Origin: the human T2T-CHM13v2.0 reference genome, Homo sapiens
Assembly: GCF_009914755.1 (NCBI RefSeq)
Contig: NC_060936.1
Strand: one strand, 5' to 3'
Length of the DNA: 64,000 nucleotides
The translations under genes and the position numbers were made by a program. The notes under the pieces were generated by a model. It saw only the letters and a program-made list of their open reading frames with translations, searched no databases and had not been told where the DNA came from. Every line of letters starts with the position of its first letter. Within the stretch, counting starts at the first letter, position 1. This document shows positions 40,740-58,404 of this stretch, one piece after another.

Positions 40740-41978
40740 TAGTGGGTTGCTCAGTTAACTGACTTATTCATTCATTGTATTCATTCTCCCAGCCACATCC
40801 TCCCTCTCCTCCTCCTGCCATCCCCTCCCTCCCACCACCGCCTGCCTGTGCTATGCTGTAGCTCCCCAGTCTGTGCTCCTGTTCCCTGGGCCCAGGGCTC
40901 AATTTTTGGACAGCTTCTCTCTTCTTTCTGCCTTTAGAGATCTCACATAATTTTATGATTTTAAGTACCATGCCCCAAATGTATATATCCCTAGCTTGGA
41001 CCTGTCCCCAGAATACTAGACTTTTATGTCTGTCTACTCCATATCTCCTTTTAAGTATCTGGAAGACCGTTTCTGCTTTTGCCTAAAACTGAACATCTGA
41101 TCTTTCTTCCCAGACCTGCCCTTCCAGACCCATTGATCTCACTGCGCAGGCTGAAAGCCCTGGGCTTCTCCCCACTCTTCTCTGTTTCTTGCGTCTCACT
41201 TAAATCCCTCAGCAGATCTGGTGGCCATGTCTGCTAAATAGAGAGTCCCGCCGCCTCTCCTCGCTCTTCCTCCCTCCTGGTCCAGGTCTCGTCCCACACC
41301 TGCCTCGCCTGGCTGGGCCCCTGCTCCTGCCTCTGCCTTAGCCTGGTCTCTTCTCCTGGCATCCAGAATGATCCACAGGAAACCACAGTCAGATCATTTC
41401 ATTCCTGTACTCAAGACCCTCCAGGGGCTTCCTGTTTTCCTCAGCAACAGCCCTGTGGAGCCGCACAATGGGCCTGTGGCCCTCGTCATTCCTCAGAGCT
41501 GTGTTACTACATCCCTCCCCGGCGGTGCTGGCCTCCTCGAGTCTCCTGACTGTGCTTCTGTGTGTACTCCTCTGCTTGGAAGTCTCTTCTCCCAGTGGCC
41601 ATGGGGCTCGCGTCCTCACCTCCTGCATTTTTTTTTTTTTTCCATTTACCCTGACTTGAAGCTCACCTGCACGTCTTTATGCTCAGATGTCACCCTCTCG
41701 GGGAGATCTTCCTTGCCCATCCTATGTGAGATCACAGTGCCCAAGCCCACCCTCCCTCCCTCCCGTCTCCTCATCCTGCGTCTGTTCTTTATAGCACTTA
41801 CCTCTACCTGGCGTACTTTCTTTGTTTCTTTTGCTGTCAAGTTGAATATAAGTTTAAGTTCCCTTCCCCTCCCAGGTCAGGGATTTTTGTCAGTTTTCTT
41901 CACTGCTGTATCCCTAGCACCTATAATAGTGCCTATTCAGTTTTTATAGAATTCTGTTTTGTTGGATACTTGTAAATA
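40740..41978 (+). mobile_element. L2 LINE 3' fragment (tail resumes at 42820-42842)
   Basis: L2 3' motifs cagatcatttcattcctgtactcaagaccctcca and ttcactgctgtatccctagcacct, with a (gaat)n tail. Confidence 0.7.
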
Positions 41979-42817
<839 letters not shown>

Positions 42818-42922
42818 TATTGAATGAGTGAATGAATGAACGCTTTGACAGTGTTTGAGCTGCCGAAGTTCTAGAAGTTTATACACGCAGAAATAACACT
42901 TATCCTTATTCATTCTTTGTAG

Positions 42923-43005
42923 GGGGAAGTCATAAAATGGTATGTCTTTTTAATATCCTTTTGGGGAGAGCAGATTGGCCACAAGGTTAAGAAGATATGT
43001 GATTG
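42923..43005 (+). CDS. ATP6V0A2: ATP6V0A2 exon 7 (83 nt; GEVIKWYVFLISFWGEQIGHKVKKICD)
   Basis: tgtag|GGGGA ... ATTG|gtaaga; encodes the basic K237-V-K-K240 patch. Confidence 0.96.
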
Positions 43006-44137
43006 GTAAGAAAAAGAAACATTTCATTTCATTTATGTCTTTATATTCAGTCACCTCTAGTTTTCCTTCAACATCCCTCTGGAGTCAGAAATAGAGTGGC
43101 TGCTAGTTTTTGTTATATGATTCTTTGCTGCACTGCCAAGTTCTTAAACATTTAATTTGTCATCTCTCTTACCAATGCATTACTTAAAATAATTTAAAAG
43201 TAGAGACTGTGTTAATAATATTCCCAGAATTGACTTTTTTCCTTGGGGATCAGGGCTTCAGATTGGTTGAAAAAGGAATAAAGTTTTTATATGTTGTGAC
43301 TTCATGTTGCTTTGAGCTACCAGTCGGGCTTACCTGTCATCACTGAGCATGTGCATCTCTTCTGTCCTGGGTACCCTGGGGCAGGGGTGTGGCGTGTGGT
43401 GAGGAGGAGGCGCTCAGGGGCCTGTCTGGATGCAGAGCCTCCCTGTGTCACTGTCTCACTGGACTCACTTGGACAAGTGACCAAGACTCAGTTTCTTCAT
43501 CTGTAAAAGGGGAGAGTGATTGCTTTCTTATAGGTCTTTTAGGACTAAATGAAATGATCAGGTAAAAGACGTCAGTTCGGCATAAGCCATCAGTAATTTT
43601 GAGTTGTGGTACAACAATAATCTGTGACTTAACTCCTGTCAGCAAATGGGAACATAAGCAAAAGCCAAACAAAGTCAGAAAACTCCTTTGCTTTCTTCCC
43701 CCCATGGACAACTCAGCTTGCCTTGTTTCTTGCAGGGTGGAGGGGGGTTTGGGCATTTTCTGTTTACTAGAATTTGGTTCTCAATTGGTGGAATAGAAAG
43801 TAATTTCAGGTGTCACCTGGATAAACCTTTTATTTTCATAGATAGATATTTGTTTTACTGCAGATTAAAAAACTATACCCAGCTCAGCAAACCCATGATT
43901 TCACAGATATTGTTGCTTAGGATAAGGCTAGAATAGGTATTTAATTTTTCAAAGGCAGAACTTAAAGAAAAATAAAGGTATGGTGTTAACATATGAAGGT
44001 GGTCCGGGAATGGCTGCAGTTTGGGGACACAGCTCGTCATTCCCCCGTGCAGTCTGGGCGCCGAGTGGCTGAGTGGCCCTGAGAGGACCTGTCAAAGGCA
44101 ACTGCTAGGAAGCCAGAGCTCTTTTCTCCTTTTGTTT

Positions 44138-44139
<2 letters not shown>

Positions 44140-44170
<31 letters not shown>

Positions 44171-44215
44171 TGTGTGTGTCTGTTGTGTGTCTGTGTGTGT
44201 CTTTGTGTTTGTGTT
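44140..44215. repeat. (TG)n microsatellite with a degenerate tail, ATP6V0A2 intron 7
   Basis: Direct reading. Confidence 0.95.
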
Positions 44216-44533
44216 TAAACCTGTTCAGTGATTCCCAGCCCAAGGATATTGTTGAATTTTAGGAAGCTGGAATTGGGAATGAGCTTCCAGGAATCATTGA
44301 GGGCAGGAGTGGAATTTGGATCCCAGAGGGAGTTTGCTAAATTTATCTCACTCAGCAGGTGCTTGCTGAGCATCTGTATGCACAGCCCGACCAAGGGCAG
44401 ATGACTGCATCTGCACCCGTGTCTCCCAAACGGCTGCTTTCATTCCGTTTTGCCAGAAGATGTGCCGGGGAGGTGAACGTGTTTAGTTCTAGTGCTGACA
44501 GATGTGAGACCGTGTTCAACTCTTGTCTTCCAG

Positions 44534-44627
44534 CTACCACTGCCACGTGTACCCCTATCCAAACACAGCCGAGGAGCGGAGGGAGATCCAGGAGGGGCTG
44601 AACACCCGCATCCAGGATCTCTACACT
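44534..44627 (+). CDS. ATP6V0A2: ATP6V0A2 exon 8 (94 nt; [31 protein letters not shown])
   Basis: tccag|CTACC ... CACT|gtgagt. Confidence 0.96.
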
Positions 44628-44837
44628 GTGAGTAAGCTGGAAGTGGATTGCCTCTTTATCTGAGGGCTGCCAAACATTTACACGTATATTTTCTCTCTTT
44701 TTTAACATAGATAATATTGGTCGTAGACAAATCAAGATGTTCTAGTGAGATTGGAATGTTGCTTCCCTCCCTCCTCCCCATGGAAGTTTTATTTTAGCAA
44801 CTTGTTAGGCACCTGAGTAGTAATGACAAGGCTTTAA

Positions 44838-45134
<297 letters not shown>

Positions 45135-45185
45135 TAAAGTGCTGGGATTACAGGTGTGAGCCACCATGCTCAGCCTGGATTGTGA

Positions 45186-45430
<245 letters not shown>

Positions 45431-45892
45431 TGATCCACCCGCCTCGGCCTCCCAGAGTGCTGGGATTACAGGTGTGAGCTACCGCCCCCGGTCTGGATTG
45501 TAATTCTTGATCACAAAAGACAAGCCAGCTCCAGTTAACATGGTGAGGGCATTATTTTACCAGTAGGATTTAAATTCATTTTTCTCTTGATGACAGTGAG
45601 GGTTCTTGTTGGCATGAAGTGTCCTTCTGACTCAGTTAAGCGAGAGGATTTCTTGGTAGGATGGGATGGGCGTTGGTGGCTCACAGGGTTGACAGGGGTG
45701 AGGCCAAGCTTGGGAATGGGTAGGAACCCAGGGAGCTTGCTGGATCCTGGTAGGCCATCACGCTGCCGCAGTGACAATGACGTCTAACCATTTCCTGTGC
45801 CCTAGGGTCATGTTCTCCAGAGGCAACCTCCCAAAAGAGGGCATCTGATTGATTGGGCTTAGATTTTTCTGCCCACCTCCGAGTGGTACTAG

Positions 45893-46351
<459 letters not shown>

Positions 46352-46389
46352 TGAGAATTTCATAGAGTAATGAGAATGCAGTGTGTTGA

Positions 46390-46563
<174 letters not shown>

Positions 46564-49500
46564 TGAACTGAAATTATGGTGAGCTGGTCATTCAAAGCTG
46601 TATGTGAGTACATGTGTTTTTAAATTGCTCTTTTGAGTAATTCATTCACATGGTGTAAAAGTGAAAAGAAATAAAAGAGTATGAAAGACACAGTGCAGTG
46701 GCTTCCTCCCACCCCATAGCCTTACTTGTCCACTTCCTCCACTCAAAGATAACCATTACTTCAGTTCTGTTATTTCTTTGAGTTTCTTAACTGTAGATAA
46801 GCAGATAGGAGTAGATATTATTTTTCTTTCTTTTTCTTCACAAAATGGCACTATTCATACTATTCTTTTCACTTAATAAAACTTCTCTATTTTTCTTATA
46901 ACTATTTAATATTCTGTTCTGTGCATACCATGGTTTATTTAACTAGTTTTCTGGTCATTTAGGTAGTTTCCGCTTTTACAAATAGCACTATGATGTCAAA
47001 TCTATTTGTAGGGTAAATTCCCAGAAATGGAATTACTGGACTGATTTTGATAGATGTTGTCAGCTATTGTATTTCTCTCATTGTGAGTGAAGGGGAATAC
47101 CTTTTTTTTGTTTAAGAGCCTTTTGGCTGGGCACGGTGGCTGACGCCTGGAACCCCAGCACTTTGGGAGGCCGAGGCGGGTGGATCACGAGGTCAGGAGT
47201 TTGAGACCAGCCTGACCAACATGGTGAAACCCCATTTCTACTAAAAATACAAAATTAGCTGGGCGTGGTGGCACATGCCTGTAATCCCAGCTACTTGGGA
47301 GGCTGAGGCAGGAGAATTGCTTGAGGCGGAGGTTGTGGTGAGCCAAGATGGCGCCATTGCACTCCAGCCTGGGCAACAAGAGCAAAACTTTGTCTCAAAA
47401 AAAAAAAAAAGAGCGTTTTCAATTTTCTTTTTTTTGTGAACTATCTGTTCATATTCTGCAGCCATTTTCCATCGTATGTTGGCCTTTTTCTTACCAATTT
47501 CTGTTGGCTCCTGGTCTGTGACACCAGTAAGAATATTTTCCCCAGTTTGTCCCTCGTCTTTTGACTTAGGATGTTTCTGTTTGTTTATTTGTTTGTTTGT
47601 TTTGGCCATGCAGAAGTTTTTTGTTAAATATAGTTGAACTTATCCATCTTTGCTCTTACACCTTCCAGATTTTGAATCACAGGCTTTTCCCACTGCAAGG
47701 TTATAGTGTAATTCTTCCATGTTCCTGTGAGGTTTTTCTTCTACATTAAACTCAGATTTTGGTCATGGAAAGAACAGGTTTACATATTTCAAGTGACAGT
47801 TAAGGGAACACCTTTTTCGTGAGTTTTTTGGTTATGTAACCTTGTCTCATTACATAATTCTGTGATGATACAAATGTAAAATATAATGTCCATTATGACA
47901 TAAACATGAAATACCCAGTGCTGAGAAAGACAGCAACACATAAATAGTATTTTGTTATTTAGAGTAGGAACCACCTATTTGAGAGATAAACACAGATGAT
48001 TCTTCTTTTACTGAGGTGACATCAGTTTGAGGGACATGACTAGTACTCCTGTTATAGGTGGTGTGTGTGCTGCTTTGTGACTTTCAAGGTGGCTGCATTC
48101 GATTCAGATCGAGCCCATGGTGCTGCTTCTGCCATCTCCTGCGTGCACATGCACTGGGGTCTCTTGAGAGCTGCGTATTAAGGTCTCAGTGACCACATGT
48201 CCACCTCCGGCTGCATAGCTGTTCTTTGCTCCGCTCGTGGGCACCGACTCTTCGTTTCCCGTCAAGGGTACTGAGCTCTCAGCCCACCTCTTACTGCTCA
48301 TAGTCCCTGTCTCTTCGCTTTCCTCATCTGTCCTGTCCTGTGTTATTTTTCTCCATAAGTAGGTGACTGAGACGTTCTCCAGTGTTGATGAAAGCTGGCT
48401 CATCACCTGCATTCCCACACCTCATGAATCTGGCTCTTCACAGTTGCCTTGGTAGTCAGCTTGTGTCTACAGGATGCCTTTTTTTTCTGTCGCCAAGATT
48501 GAATTTGATCAGGTACACAGGGGTCTCACATGCAGAACTCCTAACAGGCTGTGCCAGGCGGAAGCGGGGAATCTCAGCCTCCAGCCTGCAGATCCCAGTT
48601 CTTGGGTTCACTTGGCTGCCTGAAGCTCTCTAGTCACTTGGCTGCCTGAAGCTCATTCCCTAGAGGAGCCTCAGAGAGGCTTGCAAGAATCATATTCTCT
48701 GAATTCTCATGTTGATCACAGTGGCTGTCTGCTGCTTTTTATAATTAGGAGTGAGTTTTTCTGGAAATAAAATTCTGGGCTCATTTTTTCCCCCCTTGAG
48801 TATCTTACACATGTTCCTCCATCTTGTTCTGGCACCTTGCTCCCAACAGAAAGCCTGATGTTAATCTAATTTTCTTTTCCTTGTAATTCATGTGGTTTTT
48901 TAGTTTAGTTTTTTGTTTTGTTTTGTCTAGAAAAATATCTTTTCTTTTTCTTTAAAGACCAGTGATTTTCAGCCTGGGCAACATGGTTAAACCGCATCTC
49001 TACAAAAAACTCAAAAGTCAGCCGGATGTGGTGATGCACCTGTAATCTCAGCTACTCTGGAGGCCGGGGTGGGAGGATCGCTTGAGCCTGGGAGGTTGAG
49101 GCTGCATTGCACTCCAGCCTGAGCAACAGAGCCAGACCTTGTCTCAAAAACAAACAAACAAACAAACAAACAAACAAACAGTGATTTTACAGAATGTCTC
49201 TCTCTCTCTCTTTTTTTTTTTTTTGGAGATAGAGTCTGGCTCTTTCGCCCACGCTGGAGTACAGTGGCATGATACTGGCTCACTGTGCAACCTCTGCCTC
49301 CCAGGTTCAAGTGATTCTCATGCCTCAGCCTCCCAAGTAGCTGGGACTAGAGGTCTGCACTACCATGCCTGGCTAATTTTTGTGTGTGTATTTTTAGTAG
49401 CGATGGGGTTTCATAATGTTGGCCAGGCTGGTCTGGAACTCCTGACCTCAAGTGATCCACCTGCCTTTACCTCCCAAAATGCTGGGATTACAGGCGTGAG

Positions 49501-51546
49501 CCATCGCGCCTGGCCCAGAATGTGTCTCTTCACGTGGTCTTTCTGTATGTTCTTTCAATATATAGTCTTTGGTGGTGGTTTTGTTAATTTCATAAACGTT
49601 CTCCTGAATTATAGTTTTTGGTATTTGCTCTACTGTCTTGCTTTGGTTTTCTTCTTTTAGGACCTCCTATCATCTTTCAGTGGAACCTTCTTTGCTTATC
49701 TTCAGTATCTGTCACTTTCCTTTGAATCCTTTTTGTCTTTCGTTACTTCTTTTTGATTTGTAAGATTTCTCCTCTTCGCGCCTTCTGTTTCTCTTACGGC
49801 AGTATGAGGAAGGGTTCTTCACTTTTGTGTTCCTTCTAGTTTTGTCTTACTTCTGAAATAATTTCTTTCTTTTTTTCCTAATTCCTTCTTGAGTTCTGTT
49901 ACCTCATTTCTGAGTCTTTTAAAATCTGATTCCTGGTGCTTTTTCCTGTCCTGTATTTTTTTTTTAATTCTTTTAACTCCTTTTGAAACAGTAAGTTACG
50001 ATGGTTTTATTTGTTTTGTGGACATTCTTTCTGGCATCTTCTCACTGTCTGTGGGGATGGTATTCTACTCCTTGGCTTTTTTCTTCTTATGACCTTATGT
50101 AAGATTGGGCTTCTCCCTCCTCTTGCTCACTTTTAAATGAAATTAGACTTTTGAGGCTGGATGCGGTAACTCACGCTGGTAATCCCAGCACTCTGGAGGC
50201 TGAGGCGGGCGGATCACTTGAGTCCAGGAGTTTGAGACTAGCCTGGCCAACATGGCGAGACCCTGTCTCTACTAAAAAATACAAAAAATACACAATAGAA
50301 AAAAAATTAGCCAGGCATGGTGGCACGTGCCTGTTATCCCAGTTACTTGGAAGGCTGAGTCACGGGACTCCCTTGAACCCCAGAGGCGGAGGTTTAAAAA
50401 AAAAAAGATTTATGGAACATGGTGAAGATGCTTAGCTGCTCAAGGAAATTCATTTTTTAGACAAGGTCTCACTCTGTTTCCCAGGCTGGAGAACAGTGGT
50501 AATGGTCGTAGCTCACTGCAGTCTCAAACTCCTGGGTTCAAGCAATCCTCCCGTCTCGTCTCAGCCTCCTGAGTAGCTGGAACTACAGGCATGCACTACT
50601 ATGCCTGGCTAATTTATTTATTTATTTAGTTAGTTATTTATATTTTTTTGTAGAGATGGGGTCTCTACAAAAGACGGTGTCTGGTCTTGAACTCCTGGGC
50701 TTAAGTGACCCTCCTGTCTCAGCCTCCCAAAGTGCTGGGATGACAAGCATGAGCCACCATGCCTGTCCTGCTCAAGGAGATTCTATATTATTACACAAGC
50801 AATATAAATGTATATTTACATGAAAATAGTTTTCTGGCAGATGTTTATGGTACTCAAGGAACTTTTAGAAGATGGCAGGTTCAGGATAGCGATCCTAACC
50901 TCACTGATGGTTTTTTCTTTTTTTTATTTTTTGTGTACTGAATGCAAACACGTCGGGTCCTGGATCTGAGATGTCCTCTGTGTCTCTCTTGTGAACTCCT
51001 CTGTCTTTTCTCTTTCGTTCCTGTCCTGCTCAGTTTTGATCTCACTCCCAGCAGTTTCTCCTCAGCGTGTGGCCGCTCAACAGGGGAGGACCTGGCAGGT
51101 CAGTGCCGTGAGTTTAGGGACTGGGCTGCCCTGCCCCAACCCCTGCAGACTTCACTGCCCATGGCCCCTGTGCCGTCGCCTACTCTTGGACTGGACAGAA
51201 CTCTTCCCAGTTCCAGCTGCTTTTTGTGGTTTGGCCTCCTCTGCTTTCCCAGGGAGGATCTTTCTGGCCATTTTTGGTGTTGTTGGCCCAGGCCCCTTGG
51301 AGGCCACATTGCTTACTTGCATCCTCTGCTCTGGAGGCTGCTGGGTAGGTCTTGTAGCTGTTGGTGGTTTCCTCACCCATTTGTATTTTGGGGACTGTGG
51401 GGACGTGGTTTGGCTGTAAATGCCATCCGTAGGCTTTAGGTCTTGCTAGCTGGTTGCACTTTCTGTTCTGAAGGGGACTTGGGGACGTTCAAAGCTGTGC
51501 CACCCTCGAGAATTTCCCCAGAACCCCATTACATGCATACGTTTTA

Positions 51547-51903
<357 letters not shown>

Positions 51904-52114
51904 TTATTTTAAAAGTGTTTTCATTATAAATCAATATAATGCATTTCAGAAGAATTGCAAACACTGATGGATAAAGTTATATTTATGATTCTGCCATAAT
52001 AGAATTCATGTTGACATTTTGGTTTATTCTTGCCTTTCTCATTTTTTTATTAAGTATATTGCAGTTGTCTCAAACTTCCTCTTTCTTCACCGTTTTTAAG
52101 AGATAAAGTACTCA

Positions 52115-52956
<842 letters not shown>

Positions 52957-53059
52957 TAAATACCCGTATTTCCAATGGCATTGTTGCATTCTTGCTCTAA
53001 GAATGGAATAGATATTTGGAAAGAGAGGCTGACCATTACTTTTTTGCTATCTTATTTAA

Positions 53060-53350
<291 letters not shown>

Positions 53351-53516
53351 TAAACACTCCAGCTCATATATCTGGTTAGGTGGCATTAGCAGTGACCGAA
53401 AGAGAGACACCTCTTAGATGTTTGCTGTAGGCTGCGGCTGTGCTGGGCAGGTGTGTGGCCTGTCAGCTGCGGCTGACAGGGATGTCTGCGGGGCGAGGCT
53501 GTTTTCTGAGAAGTGA

Positions 53517-53789
<273 letters not shown>

Positions 53790-53838
53790 TAAGTGTCCCA
53801 TAGCTGGTGATGCTCTGGGTGGAAAGCATGTTTCCTAG

Positions 53839-54051
<213 letters not shown>

Positions 54052-54443
54052 TAGACTGTTGAGCAGGGTTCACGCTGCCCTGAGCGGGAGGTGCTCATTA
54101 GCCCCTGTGCATCCCAGTCCCGGACACTGGGAGGGGAGGCCAGGAGCTGGGGGGCCCTCCGTTTGGGAAGGTGAGGTCAGAGGAAGTCCTCAGAGAGCCA
54201 GGGCTGTGTTCTGTCATGTGTCCTACCTATTTTCCTCTGGCTGAAAATGGCACTTCAGTAGCCCTGAAATGTGTGCCATTTCCTACATTTCTTCCTCGTA
54301 TATGTGAACTTTTAAAAACCCTTGATCTCGAAAGAAATGGTATGGAGTGTTAGAGCTGAAAGGAAGCGTGAGGTTATTATGGTGCTTATTGGGGTAGTTG
54401 TTTGGAATGGGAAAAGTGTTAATAGAAAGAAAATGGGGAAGTA

Positions 54444-54727
<284 letters not shown>

Positions 54728-54989
54728 AAAATGGAGAAGTAGCCCCAGGGTGCCAGGACCCCCAACCCCTTCGAGGGCTCAGCAGGCGGTGGCTGAGGCA
54801 GTGGACTGCAGGGTTGGGTGGGGTTTTCCTGAGCTGTCAGGAGTCTTTCTGGAGAATCAAAAGAATGACTGAGAAACAATCTCAAAGTTGGTTTGTGGAT
54901 GTAATTGTGTACAGTCGTTAAACTGAGCAAAAAAAGTCTAGCATTCCTTAACCTGGGCTCTCCAAGGAGGAAGTATCTCTTAGTGTGTT

Positions 54990-55194
54990 CTGTTTATTCT
55001 TATCTCTAATCATGATTGGTATAATTTCATGTTGTAGCATTAAGTCTTAATGTAATTGAAAACTTGGAAACACGGCTACAACAATTTCTTTAAGATACAG
55101 CATTTTGGAGCCAAATTCAGTAATAACTTGTAGCTTTGTGTTAAGGAAAGAAATATTTCTGAATAAGGGAACCAAGGAAGAAAGTTTGAGTGAG
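54990..55194 (+). repeat. Copy 1 of a ~200-bp diverged direct repeat (copy 2 at 57172-57367)
   Basis: Shared blocks cagcattttggagcca and tttctgaataagggaac-aaggaagaaagtttgagtgag. Confidence 0.9.
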
Positions 55195-55803
55195 TTTTTT
55201 TTTTGGGAGGCATAGGGGAAAATTGGGGTATGGTTTTGTCTTCTTTCTGTTTTAACTTAATTTTAAACTAGGCATTACATTAATTTGGTTCAAAAGTAAA
55301 CCAATGTGTGTACGTTATACATATAAAATACGTATTTTAAAATAATATATAAAAGTATGTATAATATAAATATATCAGCGAAGTTGACTGGCCTCCAACT
55401 TCTCAGCCCTGAATACCTCATTCTAAAATCTTATTTTTGCAAGGGCAAAATGAGATAGTTCAGGGCTAGGAACTGGGAGGCTAGAAATTTTAAAATTAGC
55501 TGGGAGTGGTGGTGCGTGCCTGTGGTCCCAGCTTCTCGGAAGGCTGAGGTGGGAAGATTGCTTGAGCCAGGTCAAGGCTGCAGTGAGCCCTGATTGCTCC
55601 ACTGTACTCTAGCCCCTGGGCAGCAGTGAGACCCCTTACCTTAAAAAAAAAAAAAAAAAAAAAAAAAGGTTGGGCGCGGTGGCTCACACCTATAATCTCA
55701 GCACTTTGGGAGGCCGAGGCAGGCGGATCACCTGAGGTCAGGAGTTTGAGACCAGTTTGGCCAACATGGCGAAACCCTTTCTCTACTAAAAATACAAAAA
55801 TCA

Positions 55804-56057
<254 letters not shown>

Positions 56058-56609
56058 TCAGACTGGCCGGGGCACCGTGGGGAGGTCAGCCATGGTCTGG
56101 AGTCCCTCTTGGCACATCTTGGGTTGGCCACTTGCACCATTTCTGATTTCATTGTATTCACAGCTAAACTTTATGACAAAATAGACATACAGGAGCATGT
56201 ATGGCACATGTATGTAAATGTGTGATAACACATGTATGTCTCCTGCCCAGGTAGAGGGGACATAACCCAGGACCTTGAGAGCATCCTGACCCTTCCAGTC
56301 TCTGAGCTGTGTGTGACTCTCCCTTGCCTTGCCTTTTGTCAAGACTTCCTAGGCACATCTCCCTAAACGCTATGTGGTTCCATCTGGCACCCTTTGACGT
56401 TAACACCGATAAAATTGTTTTGTAATTGTCTGTGGCCCTGGTTTAAGGAAATCAATGGTTCTCAGATTGAAAGCATCAAAAGAAAAGCCTGAATATTGTT
56501 TCCTTCTTAAACTTAGAGCCACCTTTCAAGTTAAGACAGGAACTTTCTTGAGTGTCACCTGTTGAAGGAAGTTAAAGATTCTGTTTTGTCTTGTTTGGTT
56601 TGGTTTTAG

Positions 56610-56729
<120 letters not shown>

Positions 56730-57171
56730 TAAGTACAGATTTTTTTTTAAGCAATATTTATAAACCAAACTTGGCATTTCTTCAATTTTGCTTCTTGTTG
56801 GTGACTGTATTTATTGGGTAAGGGGCAGCCAATATGATGTTGTATTTACATGATTCTGTTGAAGTTATTTAGATTTTCTGTGGTTTCAGCAATTCATTCA
56901 GCAAATATGTATTTATCGAGCGCATAGTAGTGCCAAGTGCTGTTCTAGGCACTAGGAGTTCAGCAGTGAGGAGGGCAGAAAAAAGTTGTTGCCCCAGTGG
57001 AGCTTCCATTCAAGTGAGGGAGACATGTGACATGTGCATTCATGTCGATTTCCAGAAGGGGTGCTTGCCATATTCCTTTTTTATTTTACAAATAAAAAAT
57101 CTTTTTGTTTTTACTTTATTAGAGCTAGTATATGAAGAGTAAGAGATGGTGTCATTTTTCTCTAACTAGAC

Positions 57172-57367
57172 CTGTTCATTCTGATCTCTAAACATAATTT
57201 GTATAATTTGATGCTGTAGCTTGAAGTCACTATAACAGGAGTCTTGAAAAACTTGTAACAATGTAAGACACAGCATTTTGGAGCCAGATTCACTAATATT
57301 GTGTAGCCTTACTTTAAGGAAGGAAATGTTTCTGAATAAGGGAACTAAGGAAGAAAGTTTGAGTGAG
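57172..57367 (+). repeat. Copy 2 of the ~200-bp diverged direct repeat
   Basis: Collinear with 54990-55194. Confidence 0.9.
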
Positions 57368-57577
57368 ATTTGACCGCAAAAACTGTAGTAGTTTTGGCCG
57401 ACCTCACGTCTCTTCCTCGTAGATGTATCTGGACACTCAGATGTATCTGGATTCATCATATGAGAAATGATGTTATTCTGAAATTCGCTTTATAGTTTAG
57501 TTGCAGAGAGTTTAATTTACTCTTTTTAACTTAGGCTGATCTTGTTCGTGGGTTGATTGATTCCTTTTCTTTCCTAG

Positions 57578-57788
57578 GCACTTCAGGAAGAAGTTCAACA
57601 TTTACCTGGTTTCCATCCCGGAACTTCTCTTCATGCTCTGTATCTTTGGATACCTTATATTTATGATTTTCTACAAGTGGCTGGTTTTTTCAGCAGAAAC
57701 CTCCAGAGTTGCTCCCAGCATTCTGATTGAATTTATTAACATGTTTTTATTCCCAGCCAGTAAAACAAGTGGCCTTTACACAGGGCAG
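57578..57788 (+). CDS. ATP6V0A2: ATP6V0A2 exon 15 (211 nt; [26 protein letters not shown]...[14 protein letters not shown]...LYTGQ)
   Basis: cctag|GCACT ... GCAG|gtgagt. Confidence 0.97.
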
Positions 57789-57985
57789 GTGAGTCATCTT
57801 CCCACCCTCATGAACTTAACGGAAGTATTCCCAATAGTCTTTTATTCTGAGCAGTAGAAGTGTTGGGGTGATCTCCACAGGAGCCTGGGAAGGCTGCTTC
57901 TGTCTCTGCATGTGTCATCACTGGAGGATGCCAGTCCAGCTTGACCGCTGTGTGCAGGCAGCATGACCAAACTCGCTGCCACTCA

Positions 57986-58404
<419 letters not shown>

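Noticed and set aside
41368-41949. 193-aa ORF in intron 6
   Set aside because: Lies in pyrimidine-rich L2 sequence; no recognisable domain or splice context
50942-51439. 165-aa and 142-aa overlapping ORFs in intron 9
   Set aside because: No recognisable homology; T/C-rich, repeat-adjacent intronic sequence; chance ORFs
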